Shown here: piece after piece, positions 35,907-47,663 of the stretch
How the letters are laid out: every line of letters begins with the position of its first letter
Numbering within the stretch: the stretch's first letter is position 1
Assembly (NCBI RefSeq): GCF_041146345.1
Contig: NW_027191413.1
Coordinates: 992,001-1,056,000, forward strand
Length of the DNA: 64,000 bases
Direction: 5' to 3'
DNA from: Neodothiora populina
Taxonomy: Eukaryota
The notes under the pieces: model-generated
What the model was told of the DNA's origin: nothing
Seen by the model: only the letters and a program-made list of their open reading frames with translations
The model's database searches: none
Translations under genes and position numbers: made by a program

Positions 35907-38900
35907 ATGCCTCGCACAACCAGGGCTTCTCTTCGCCACTGTGAGTAAATATTTCACTCGACCTGGAAAGTAGTTGTGCAGTTCACGTTTCAAACTGACA
36001 GAGTGAATACAGCCATGGTCTCTACGCCTGCTGAGTCAGACGTTGAAACCCCTCAAACAAGACAAGTTTCGCGACCACTGAGCAGTCGCGAGAAGAGTTC
36101 TGCCAGAGCATCCATTTCTGCCGACTCAGATCAAATCATGGACGAGGCCATTCGGATCTCACCTTACCATCCACGAACTGAAGTGCAGGTCGTTATCCCT
36201 GCAATGTCTGCCCCGACAAAGCCCACCGCCGCCCGGGCTGGCTCTTCCAAAAGCACAACCTCTGATTCGTCTCGTTCCGAGAGCGTCGACTTGACTGGTG
36301 TTGACACGCCTGGCACTAGCATTGCTGTCACCCCCGATGTGTCTGTTGATGGACGCCGTTATGGAGCCAAGGGAAAGCGCAGCCGCTTAAGCATCGAAGA
36401 GACTGCACAACAAGATGAGCTCATGGATGATGCGGATGCTGCTCTTGCCATACGCCTTCAACAACAGGAATACGAGGACTACGATCAGGTCGAAGAAGAT
36501 GATGAGCCTTCAAGAAAAAGAGTCAAGCTTGGCTCGTCTAGAGCATCTGCTCAACAACGAGTTGATATGGAGGATGATGACGAGTCAGACCTGTCTTCCG
36601 TCGCTTCTTTCATGCCAGACGAAGAAGACTTGAAGATTTTCAAACGACCTGCGCTGCCAGCGGCCGCCAGAGGCAAAGGTAAGGGCAAGGCTCGATCGAT
36701 CGTTCCCGATGGTGGCGACGTAGAGGATGATGTAGAGGAAGATTATCAGTCTGGCCTTGCTGCTGCTCGTGCTGGCAAGAAGGCTATCAGGGCACCCATA
36801 CGTCAAGCTGGAGCCGCAGCCCGGAAGTCAATCGAAAATGTCCTCGAAGCAGGTATTCCCGACAGCGATGATGATGACATTAGTGATTTCACAGACATGG
36901 CTTCGGAAGACGCCTTCGAGTCAGATGATGCTTCCTCTATTGCAGACGCCAATGCACCCACATACGATGACGACGACGATGATGTACCGCTCGCGCAGAC
37001 CAGAAAATCGAACATTGGTGGTAGTGCCATGAACGGAATTGCCCCGAGTCGTCGTAGCAAGGGCAAGTCCAAGAGAAAAGGCCAGCACAATCTCGCCAAC
37101 ACGACTTTTGAAGAAGAATACGCTCTCGTGAGCGGAGAGTACGGCAATTCTCTTACTGGTCGTAAGCTCAAGGAACGCAAGAAGCTCGAGAAGGCACATC
37201 CCCAGATCAAGACCATGTGGGACGATCTCGGCCAGATTCCCGTCATCACGCCACAACAAGCCGCCCAGCCTACATCGATCAATCGCAAGTTGAAATCATT
37301 CCAGCTCGAGGGCCTCGATTGGATGACCAGGATGGAGAAGACACATTACAAGGGTGGTTTGCTTGGTGATGAAATGGGTATGGGCAAGACCATCCAAGCC
37401 GTCTCACTGATAATGTCCGACTATCCTCAGAAGCAGCCCACTCTTGTGCTTGTCCCGCCTGTTGCTCTGATGCAGTGGGCTAGCGAGATCAAGGAGTACA
37501 CCGATGGCACATTGAAAGTGTTGGTCTATCATGGACAGAACAGCAAAGTCAAAAGCATGAGCAGGAAGGAACTCATGTCGTACGATGTCATTATGATATC
37601 CTATAACAGTCTGGAGTCTCTATATCGCAAGGAAGTGAAGGGATGGACTCGAGGCGACAACATCATCAAGGAGACATCATCGATTCATTCGATTCATTTC
37701 CATCGCCTCATCCTAGACGAGGCGCACAGCATCAAGACGAGAACTACAGGTGTGGCCAAAGCATGCTTTGCCCTGAAGGGTACTTACAAGTGGTGTCTAT
37801 CTGGAACGCCTGTTCAGAACCGTATCGGCGAGTTCTTTTCGCTGCTCAGATTCCTCGAAGTCCGACCATTTGCCGATTACTTTTGCAAAAAGTGTCCTTG
37901 CTCGATACTGCACTGGGAGCTTAATGAAGAGCACAAATGCAATGCATGTAAGCATGCAGGCATGGAACACGTATCTGTCTTCAATCAAGAGCTCCTGAAT
38001 CCACTCACCCAGAGCGAGGACAAGAAGATCCGCGAGAAGGCCATGGATAAGCTGCATATGATCACGGAGCGCATCATGCTCCGCCGCATGAAGCGGGATT
38101 ACACGTCGTCGATGGAGTTGCCACCCAAGGAGGTCATCGTGCACAACGAGTTTTTCGGGGAGACGGAGCGCGACTTTTCCTCCAGTATCATGTCCAACAC
38201 GACTCGAACATTCGACACGTACGTGTCCCGTGGTGTGATGCTCAACAACTACGCCAACATTTTCGGTCTCATCATGCAGATGCGTCAGGTGGCCAACCAT
38301 CCAGACTTGCTGTTGAAGAAGCACGCGGCCGAGGGTCAGAATGTGCTTGTGTGCAATATTTGCGATGAAGCAGCCGAGGACGCTGTGCGATCCAAGTGCA
38401 AGCACGACTTCTGTAGGATGTGCGTGAGGAATTTTGTGTCGCAGATCGAAGCTTCCGGTGGTGAAGCCGATTGCCCACGCTGCCACATTCCCCTGTCCAT
38501 TGACTTTGATCAGCCGGAGATTGAGCAGGACGAGGAAAGTGTCAAGAAGAGTTCCATCATCAACCGCATCAAGATGGAGAACTGGACATCGTCGACCAAG
38601 GTTGAGATGCTGGTTTATGATCTGTACAAGCTGCGCAGCAAGAAGCAGACGCTCAAGTCGATTGTCTTCTCGCAGTTTACCTCGATGTTGCAGCTGATAG
38701 AGTGGCGCCTCCGCCGTGCTGGTTTCAACACTGTGATGCTCGATGGTAGCATGACACCGATTCAGCGTCAGAGATCCATCGAGTACTTCATGACTAACTC
38801 GGACGTGGAGGTGTTCCTTGTTTCTTTGAAAGCCGGCGGTGTGGCCTTGAACTTGACCGAGGCATCTCGAGTCTTCATCGTTGACCCATGGTGGAATCCA

Positions 38901-39116
38901 GCTGCCGAGTGGCAGTCGGCCGATCGCTGTCACCGCATCGGGCAGAAACGTCCTTGTGTTATTACTCGACTCTGCATCGAGGACTCGGTGGAGAGCAGAA
39001 TGGTCATGCTGCAGGAGAAGAAAGCAAACATGATCAACGGCACGATCAACAACGACAAGGTGGCCATGGAGAAGCTCACGCCCGAGGATATGCAGTTTCT
39101 CTTCAGGGGTTCTTGA
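35907..39116 (+). CDS. RAD16: Global-genome NER ATPase Rad16 (SNF2 helicase with embedded RING finger)
   Basis: Short exon 35907-35940 plus exon 36013-39116. GGLLGDEMGMGKTIQ, DEAH box, RING CNIC..CKHDFCRMC..CPRC, WTSSTKVEML and PWWNPAAEWQSADRCHRIGQ. Confidence 0.95.
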
Positions 39117-40079
39117 AAAGAGCCATCTCAACGACGAAGATGACGGTAGAGGCAATGACACTCATGCTAAATCCACGGACAAGGGGGGTTACTGATTCAT
39201 TATTCGGGGATTGGTGGGATGAAAAGGGCGTTTCGGAGGGAAGAAGTATAAGCAAGGATCGGAGCAACATCAGGTTCTCTTTGGTATGGTTATATGGTGC
39301 TGCAGCTTTGGATGAACAGAGGCACAATCTCCAGAGGATGACAATGAAAAGTGGATCCAACGAATGATTTTTGTTTTACCGTCATCGGCGACGATATGAG
39401 TGTTGCGACTTGGCAGAATTAAATCACATGGCATTGGCAAAGTGACAGTTGCTATGCTTCGAGACGATTTAAAAAGCACTCATGAAGCGGCGCCAAAAAG
39501 CTCTAACTACACGGACGACCTAGCATGATGCAATCAATCTGCAAATCTGTATTGAGATGGAGAGATTGATAACTTTAAATCGCATAGTGGAGATTGATTG
39601 AAGGATAAATTGATTGGTCCAGCACAAGAGTGGATGCCGGCCGAGTAGAGAGGTGGGGAAGAGGACCCGACATGATAGTTTTTGTAGTGCAATAATCTGC
39701 AATAATCCGCCAAGTCGATCGAGGGGAGGTTTCTATTCACCCTAAGGAGCACTAAGTAAGGCACGGTATCTGTAGCAATAGTACAAAAGAACCAAGAGAC
39801 TGCGCCTCGCAAGAGGGTGCTGCCGCGACGACAATCTTTACCAAGTCGAGCTCGCCTTTCATTGCTATTTGCCTCGGAACAAGTTTTTCTTCTCTTTTCT
39901 TTTCTTTGGCGACGTCCCTTGTGACAGCTGGTGTCCATTTTTTATCAGTCGCTTCTTTAAGCTCTGGACTTCTCGACTCCTTCGGCGTTTGAATCCCCAG
40001 CGCCGGCGTCGGGTCCGATATTGTAGCTTATAGTAGTGGAACCGAGACATCATCCAAACACCACAATAACAAGAGGACA

Positions 40080-41930
40080 ATGTCTTCGCACCATGACACG
40101 ACATCGGCGACGACGACAGGGCTGAGTGGCTCTCCGCCAAAGGGCTCTCCGTTCCGCATACCACCTTCGATCAAAGGCTTCCTGCCGCTGTCCGATGAGG
40201 CCTCCCTCAGCACTCGAGGGCAACGTCTGCCGGGTCTGATCAGAGACCGCACGAGCACCAGCATGAACAGAAGGAGAAGGAGCTCCCTGGACGGCAGCTT
40301 CGCGCCCGGGAGCAGTGGGCTGTCGGACAAGCCCTCCTCTGTCAAGTCTGCTGATCTCGAGGCCGGCCTGGCGCGAACCCCGACCAACGAAGGCGAGAAC
40401 ATCCTGTGGGACAGCAACCCGCGAGGCTCATGGCGAGAAGGGAGAGAGCCGCGCACCAGTCTGACTTCGGGATGGGGAGGAGGCGACAGGGACGACAGAC
40501 GATCCAGCGCCGGCGCACAGATCTTGATGACGCCGCAGATGCGCTCGATGCGCCTGATTGGCAATTCGAACCCGCGTTATCGCTGGGAGCAGTACTGGAA
40601 GGACGAAGCAGAGCTCAAGACAATGTCCAACAAGTTGCGCAAGTACTACGAGAGAAACAACTTCTTGATCCAGCAGTACATGTACATCGACCGTCTGCTC
40701 GACTCGAGTCTGCCCCACGACTTGATCCAGGAGTATCAGAACAACGACATTTACAACAAGGCTGTGCAGGGTCGCGATGCTCATATCCCGCCTACTGTCA
40801 CCGAAGAGCAGACAAGCACGCCTGACAGCCCGGATCCAGATGCCGACGAGAACGGTGGTCTCAAACCAGGCACGAAGAAACTCAAGCGCACACCGAGAGC
40901 CATCTACCGCCATCAGGACGACGAGAACACTCCTCTGCTGAACCGCACCAACGATGTCATCGAGGACGAAGAAGATGAGTTTGCGAAACCTGTCTTACCG
41001 GACTTTGAACCAGAAGAGGAAACGTCCTCGTCGCATCCCATCGTCACGTTCGCCATCTATCTGAACCTCGCAGCAAACACGGCTCTGCTCATCATGAAGA
41101 TCGTCGCCACCGTCCTGACATCTTCAGTCTCCGTCCTGGCATCCCTGGTCGACGCCGCCCTTGATTTCCTCAGTACAGCAATCGTGTGGACGACGACGCG
41201 CCTGATCTCGCATTCCGACCAATACTCCTACCCGGTCGGTCGTCGCCGCCTCGAACCCATCGGTGTCCTCGTCTTCTCCGTCATAATGATCACATCCTTC
41301 GTGCAAGTCGCGCTAGAAGGCTTCAACAAGATCTCCTCGGGCGACCACGAGATCGTGCAACTCAGCGTGCCCGCAATCGCCATCATGGCGGGGACAGTGG
41401 TGATCAAATTCGCCTGCTGGCTGTGGTGCCGCTTCATCAACAACTCGTCTGTGCAAGCGCTGGCCCAAGACGCAATGACCGACGTCGTCTTCAACACCTT
41501 CTCCATCATCTTTCCGCTGGTCGGCTACTACGCGCGCATCTGGTGGCTCGACCCCCTAGGCGGCATTCTACTCTCTTTCTACGTGATCATAAACTGGTCG
41601 CGCACGAGCGCCTCGCATATCCGCAACTTGACAGGCGCAGCAGCGACCGCCGACGAGCGCAACGTGCTGCTGTACTTGACCATGCGCTTCGCCAAGTCCA
41701 TCCGTCAGATCCAGGGCTTGCAGGCTTACCACGCCGGAGACAGCCTGAACATCGAAGTCGATATCGTCTTGGATGAGGGCATGAGTCTAAGGGACAGTCA
41801 TGACCTCGGCGAGAGTTTGCAATATGTGCTTGAAAGCGTGCCTGGAGTGGAGCGCGCCTTCGTGCATCAGGATTACGCCAGCTGGAATCTGCCCAGTCAT
41901 ATGGTGCAGCATGATGATGACGATGATTGA
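40080..41930 (+). CDS. Cation diffusion facilitator (Mn-CDF/MTP11-like) metal transporter
   Basis: ASLVDAALDF, YPVGRRRLEPIG, LAQDAMTDV, WWLDPLGG, SHDLGESLQ and VERAFVH. Confidence 0.92.
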   Translation: MSSHHDTTSATTTGLSGSPPKGSPFRIPPSIKGFLPLSDEASLSTRGQRLPGLIRDRTSTSMNRRRRSSLDGSFAPGSSGLSDKPSSVKSADLEAGLARTPTNEGENILWDSNPRGSWREGREPRTSLTSGWGGGDRDDRRSSAGAQILMTPQMRSMRLIGNSNPRYRWEQYWKDEAELKTMSNKLRKYYERNNFLIQQYMYIDRLLDSSLPHDLIQEYQNNDIYNKAVQGRDAHIPPTVTEEQTSTPDSPDPDADENGGLKPGTKKLKRTPRAIYRHQDDENTPLLNRTNDVIEDEEDEFAKPVLPDFEPEEETSSSHPIVTFAIYLNLAANTALLIMKIVATVLTSSVSVLASLVDAALDFLSTAIVWTTTRLISHSDQYSYPVGRRRLEPIGVLVFSVIMITSFVQVALEGFNKISSGDHEIVQLSVPAIAIMAGTVVIKFACWLWCRFINNSSVQALAQDAMTDVVFNTFSIIFPLVGYYARIWWLDPLGGILLSFYVIINWSRTSASHIRNLTGAAATADERNVLLYLTMRFAKSIRQIQGLQAYHAGDSLNIEVDIVLDEGMSLRDSHDLGESLQYVLESVPGVERAFVHQDYASWNLPSHMVQHDDDDD

Positions 41931-42541
41931 TGTGATATATCTTCTGTTTTTTCTGTTTGTCTTTTTGGCCGCTATCCGCTGGCTGGGATTTATCGTATCT
42001 TACTTCTGCTTCGAGGCCGACCTATCTCTCTTCTTGTCTCTTCTTGGATTCGTGAGCCACGCATGTGTCACTGCAATATAGTCATCTCAGACCAGATCTG
42101 TTCCCTTCTCCTCTCGGGTTTCGAGGTGTCATCCATGTATCATTTCTATATCCAAACCAGATCTTCTTCTCATTCCCAAACAAATATGATACCAGCTCTT
42201 CTTCTTCTCTTTCCAAGTTTCATCCGTGTATCAGCTCGGCGGTGTAGTTTATTCCAGATCTTCCCCTGATTCCAAAGGACATATGCCCATCAGTAACGGC
42301 GCTTATCACGTACTTCGTTCCGCTTGCTGTCGCGTTTCTCCATCCTCAGTCCACTCTTTCTCTTCTCTCGTGTCTTTTCCTTGCCCTTTGAGTCTTTCTA
42401 CTTGTTTTATTTTCCAAGGTCACTTCTCGTGCAGTCGTGGAAATATCGTGATGGTATGTCTAAAGTGTATTGTATAGGGCTCCTACCCCTCCCCCGGCCA
42501 GACTCGAGTCGAGGGTGTTCGACGTGCATCTTGGATCGCCA

Positions 42542-44641
42542 TCAACTCAAAAATCGGAATCTACCGAGCAACTCCACAATCTCCTTCGCCACCTTCTCCA
42601 CTTCCTTGACACTATTGATGAGTCCGCCGACAGTCGCTTTGGCGTCCAGCGCAGCGCACAAATCTGCCACTTCCCCTGCGCGAGGAGCGCAATATACCAA
42701 ATACCCGAAGGAAGTGAGAGCCGTCCTGAGGGCTTCCGAGTTGACTTCTTTCGTTTTTTCCGTCGGTGTCTCTGTGCTCAGCAGCTCCAGAAGTCCAGCT
42801 GCTAGCTCTACCTGTGACGCCTCCTGCAGTGCTTCCCGGTCTTCCTCGCGTCGGATGCGGTGGTTGGTTGAGGTCAGGTTGAACGCGAGACTTGATGCAG
42901 CTGAGCGGACGGCGGGTTTGTCGGGTTCAGCGAGCAGACTCTCACAAGCAAGTTTTGTCATCAATGTCGGGAGTTGCCCTTGGCCTTGGCTCTTCATGAC
43001 AGTCTTGGCAAATAGTGGTGAAGTGAAGAGATTGCTTGCGAGCTGGATCGTCACGAGCCTCAGATTGTAAGGACATTTGTCTTGGTCGATCAGACTCAGA
43101 ACGTGAGAGAAGAGCACGGCTAGCGTTTCGCTGTCACCTCGACCTGACTCCTCGGCAAACCACCCGCTGACTCGGGGATCGAGTAGTGTGCATCGCATCA
43201 AGTCGTAGGCTGTAAACAAGTTGTCTACAGATATGGCCTTCGGCGCGTTACGCATGAAAGTAGCCACAGCTGGTAGGTCTGGCAATGGCGCGTTGCTCGA
43301 TCCTTCTGCTCTTCGATCGGACAAAAACGTCTTGATCTCGGCCACCACGGGATCTTTCGCCTTGTCGCCCATCTTTGCGGTCAACTTGTCCAGTGGTGGT
43401 ATCTTGCTGAAGCTGACAGGTTTGAGACTTCCGAATTGCAACGTCGGTGTTCGAATCTGCAGATGTGGATGTGGAGGGTATGCTTGCTGAATCAAAAGCC
43501 CTACATTGGCGCGTAGTTTCGACGGGTCGGCGCCAGACCACTCGTTGTCCTTCTTGCCATGCAGGAATGTCATAAATGTAGGCGTTGCGCGAATCTGATA
43601 CTTCATGGCAATCTCGTGCGCTTGGTTGATGTCTACCTTGACAAAAGGGATCTTCTCGTTCTCAGCGGCAAGAGCGTCGTATGTAGGATATGCGATCTTG
43701 CAAGGTGCGCAGGTCGACGAAGTAAAGAAGACAACGGCGCAGCCTTCCTTGGCTTTGGACAACAAGTCGTCCAAGGTGGAAAACTGCGTGATATTACGAA
43801 CAGACCCAACGGCAGAGGCAGCTCTTTGCTCGTCTCGTACTTCCAACTTCCTCGGATGTTTCCTGGGCGGCGTACCGTCTCCGTTGGACGTGTCTGCAGA
43901 CTGAGCGTCCTCTGATGACGTGCCATTACGGACCTCTAACTTGCGTGGGTGCTTCAGCGTCGCAGGCTCAGAAGCGTGTGCAATTGAACCACCGCTTCGC
44001 ACTTCTAATTTGCGCGGCTGCTTGTGAGGTGGGTCGGCTTGCTGCTGCAACGCTTGCTTCACGGTGGTTTCCACGGCAGTCTGGGCTGCATCCCCCTTGG
44101 AAGGAGTCGAAGTACCATTCTGTTGATTCCTGTCTCTCCGTGCCGCAGCAGCCTCTGCCTGTACCATGGGATTCTTCTCTGGTGGCACAGCAGCCTGTGT
44201 GACGGAACGCATAGAGGAATCCAATTGGTTCTTGATCATGGCCCCGAATGGTGTGTTCAAAACCTGGCTAGGCAGGCTCGTGATGTGTTCCGGGATACCC
44301 TTTCCAACAAGAAACATGGAAAAGTCATGAGTAAAATTGTTGCAGTTGTGTGAGAAGAGATCATAGTTCTCATAAGTGTACAACTCCTTCAGAGATTCGA
44401 GATAACTCAAAACAACGTCCATAGGCAATTCGGTCTTGTCGAGCTTGATGATCTCCATAGGCTGACCATGATGGGTCTGTCCGGGGAGACACGTCTGAAC
44501 ACCTGCACCATAAAAATACTCCACGCCGCCGAGCACGATAGAAGTATGATATACAGCATCGATTTGGATACCTACCAAGCCCATGGACATGACACGGGCC
44601 AGGCCCTTGGAAAGATCGTAAACATATAATTCAACGTCCAT
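42542..44641 (-). CDS. PPPDE (DeSI-like) isopeptidase + thioredoxin + PUL domain protein
   Basis: VELYVYDLS..YHTSIV..EYFYG..YDLFSHNCNNF (His/Cys dyad), thioredoxin FTSSTCAPC..IRATPTF, and a C-terminal helical PUL-like region. Confidence 0.9.
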   Translation of the reverse strand: MDVELYVYDLSKGLARVMSMGLVGIQIDAVYHTSIVLGGVEYFYGAGVQTCLPGQTHHGQPMEIIKLDKTELPMDVVLSYLESLKELYTYENYDLFSHNCNNFTHDFSMFLVGKGIPEHITSLPSQVLNTPFGAMIKNQLDSSMRSVTQAAVPPEKNPMVQAEAAAARRDRNQQNGTSTPSKGDAAQTAVETTVKQALQQQADPPHKQPRKLEVRSGGSIAHASEPATLKHPRKLEVRNGTSSEDAQSADTSNGDGTPPRKHPRKLEVRDEQRAASAVGSVRNITQFSTLDDLLSKAKEGCAVVFFTSSTCAPCKIAYPTYDALAAENEKIPFVKVDINQAHEIAMKYQIRATPTFMTFLHGKKDNEWSGADPSKLRANVGLLIQQAYPPHPHLQIRTPTLQFGSLKPVSFSKIPPLDKLTAKMGDKAKDPVVAEIKTFLSDRRAEGSSNAPLPDLPAVATFMRNAPKAISVDNLFTAYDLMRCTLLDPRVSGWFAEESGRGDSETLAVLFSHVLSLIDQDKCPYNLRLVTIQLASNLFTSPLFAKTVMKSQGQGQLPTLMTKLACESLLAEPDKPAVRSAASSLAFNLTSTNHRIRREEDREALQEASQVELAAGLLELLSTETPTEKTKEVNSEALRTALTSFGYLVYCAPRAGEVADLCAALDAKATVGGLINSVKEVEKVAKEIVELLGRFRFLS
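43835..44024 (-). repeat. Three copies of peptide K[QH]PRKLEVR in the PPPDE-thioredoxin linker
   Basis: KQPRKLEVR, KHPRKLEVR and KHPRKLEVR in the ORF translation; the copies use different synonymous codons. Confidence 0.9.
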
Positions 44642-45443
44642 GCTGCCGAACTACAAGGCAAATATCGAAGATAATCAGAATCACAAACAGCAAGGGTCAA
44701 ACATTGATATATGTATAAGAGGGAGAAAAGAGTCTATGGTGGAAAGTGTTGGAATCGCCTCTCGCTCGGCGTTCAGATAAGTGTAGCGTCATCGTGCTGC
44801 CGCCTGTTTCGTCGTGCAACTGCGCGTGATTCGAAGCTAGGTATGTACCTTTTGAGGATTACAGACTGTACTTTGCTTGCCTCTATACTAGACATGAAAC
44901 AATTCAGCAGCATTTAATGCATTGCTTATCATTTTCCACAAGACAAGGTCATGGTTTTTAGTTAACATTCCATCAACGTCACAACCAAAGCAACTCGAAG
45001 CAATCACCATCGCCACATGCGGCTTAGGTGAGCACCAATCAGATGCCACAGATACCCAAATAGACGCGGTGGACGGACCCCTGCGCCCCATCATCTTGGC
45101 GTCTCGTGCGACCAACCATTTTTCGACGAGTCACCAATGAAATATCCAATGAGTCTTTAGTGGATGGTGAATGATTCCAAGATGACTAGCCGATGACTAC
45201 CCGGTCAATGGTCAATGACTAAAGAATGAGCCCCTTGTACGCCGTTGCTCTGTTCTGATCTTACTGGATCCTTAATTCGAAGTCAATTGTTGGTTCAGTC
45301 ATTAGCACTGTATACATCGTCTTCGCAATTATACCTCAGTAACCCCTCACCTCTGCATCACAGACATGCCTCATTCGTCTTTGTCGCTTCGACCTCGGCC
45401 ACAATGTCCTCGACGGAGTTTCTGGCCTGATTTCATCTTTCAT

Positions 45444-47042
45444 CTATTCAAGTTCTTCGAACCTACCTTCATGCACAGCTCGAGCTACTGGGTTCTCAAC
45501 ATTTATCACGCCAGTCGCTTTCAGCCTAGAGTATGTCAATTGGATTCCGACCACAAAGCGAACACTTACCGTTCGAACAAGACAAATAGCTTCTCTGCCT
45601 CACGCTCTTTCTCGTCCTCTGTCAGCTCTGGAAGTTCAGATTCGATCTCGTCCTTCCGCCACTGCCCTGTGATAGTATTGATCTCGGAGTTTCGAAGACG
45701 TGCGTTCTCAGTGGGGATGCTGGAGTCTTCCTTCGAATCTTCTGTTACGCGTCTGTTGTGAGCCGCCGGATCGTGATATAGGCCTCTCGAGGCTAGATAT
45801 CCAGCTGCTAAACCGTAGCCAACGTTGGACACGAATAAATCCACATCTCGGTCCGATAACTCGAAATACAACGCGGGCAGGAGTGCACTCAATTCAGGTG
45901 CGGCTGGGTTGTTGAAGAGTCTCAGTAGTCTTGACGGCAACGAATCGTTCTTTCCGAGCACATTCTGCCGATCTTGTTCGGATGGCAGAAGGATCTTACC
46001 GAGCTGCGATGCCACGCCAGGGGGAGAGAGCTCCGTTGCGCGAAGGAGGACTTGCACCAGTGGTGAGGCCTTGATATTCATCTCTGCTGCGCTATAGGTC
46101 TGACTAGCAAGGTCAAGGATGAGCACCAATCGTTGTAGGTAAATGTTGTTGCTTGACTCTACTAGTAGAGGGCAGCCTTCCTTGAGCTCTAGTTGATTAA
46201 GTGGATTGATTAAGGACGATATCAGAAGCTGTAGTGGTGGGGAGGGTATTGAGGCTTTAGAGAGCAGGTCTAGGATAGGATATAGCGCCTCATCAAATAG
46301 TGTAGCTCGGTACGGATCACGATCAATCAAATTGTAGAGTAACTTCAGTGTCTCTGTACAAGCACGTTCGAGAGTGTCTCTCTGGGTACCTTCTGATATT
46401 GGAATCAGCCTTGCGTAATGCCCGATATTCTGCGCAGGGTCATCAATATATCATCTAGGCAGTATAAGAGACAATCATGCAGGCTACGGAACTCACCTGA
46501 TTAATAGTGTTTGCGAATTCGTATTTCTGGAACAGAGGCTCGAAATCTAGGTCTGTCTCATATGTACAGAAAAGCAGGAGTCTTGCCGACGTGAACACGT
46601 CGTCAGGATCGGTACTCTAGGGATGTTTTAGTGGCGGTAAATTCGACATGTCTCGTAGTACAGAAACTGTATCACAGGCCACGAATGAGGGCGGGCAACA
46701 TACCTTCATATGTAGTGCTGCTTTCCCTGGATAGTCTCTCTCGTTGCTCACAAACATCTGCCGTGTCTGCTCTGCCAAAAACAGAATATTGCAGAGACAC
46801 CTCACAGCGATGCGGTTTGGCTCTACCGAGGCGACATCAAAACTATAGCGGCAACAGATAGACACAGCACGTTCTGTAGAGAGCGAACTAATGCATCCTG
46901 ATTGGAAGGTGAGATTCCTAAGCTGATGAAGCAAGTCATTATGTTTTGGAGTGGCTGCTGATACGGTGCGTACGCCTTCGACCTCTGTACCAAGGTCGTC
47001 TTCAAGCATCTTAAGGACGTTCTGGATTTCGCTATCTGCCAT
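45444..47042 (-). CDS. RIC8: G-alpha guanine nucleotide exchange factor/chaperone Ric8 (synembryn)
   Basis: Exons 47042-46704, 46616-46497, 46429-45570 and 45525-45444. RCLCNIL, SARLLLFCTY, NVGYGLAAGYL, INTITGQ and LTEDEKEREAEKLFVLFERLKATGVINVENP. Confidence 0.92.
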
Positions 47043-47663
47043 CGTTGTGTAGCAAGTTGTTGGAACATGCAATGGTCAATGGCGATGCTGTGAGACAACG
47101 CGCTAGGCTTGGTCAAAAGGGAAAAGAACAGTACGAAAGAGATCGTGAATGCTACCTTGCACTACCTCTAGTGTGAGCCAGAAGTATAAGATGGCTAAGG
47201 TACAGTAGGTACAGTAGGTAATGAGTTTGGTTAGACCCCTGCAGCATCACCTTGGCATCTCCTGGGGCTGCAGACCTAGTGCGCCGCGGACAATGAGTGT
47301 GGAGCCCTCTTGCCTGACTCGAGTATTTATAAGATGGGTGAATGTTCACGGTTCAGTAGTAAATATGCCACGCATCGCGACTTGAAAGAAGGGGGCAAAG
47401 TTGTTGATTCGTAAATCCGATTTCCTAGCATCTCTTTCCCTCCCCTGTATCTTTTGCTTAGCACCTGGCAGGGTCTATCGTTCACTCTTCTCTATCATCT
47501 TGGGCTTCTGCATCTTCTCAACCTCTACAATTGCGCTGTCTGCCTTGCGGATGGTTCAACAGTTGTGATATAATTCCTTGGCAACAAACAGTACGAAGCA
47601 TACCTTACCTTATATATACGGGGTCCTGCTCGTCTTTTGTAGTCAGCGAAATAACAAGGTTTA

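Noticed and set aside
37797..39161. 454-aa antisense ORF (and similar shadow ORFs over CDF, GDA1 and HEM3)
   Set aside because: Antisense shadows caused by codon bias in well-supported genes on the opposite strand.
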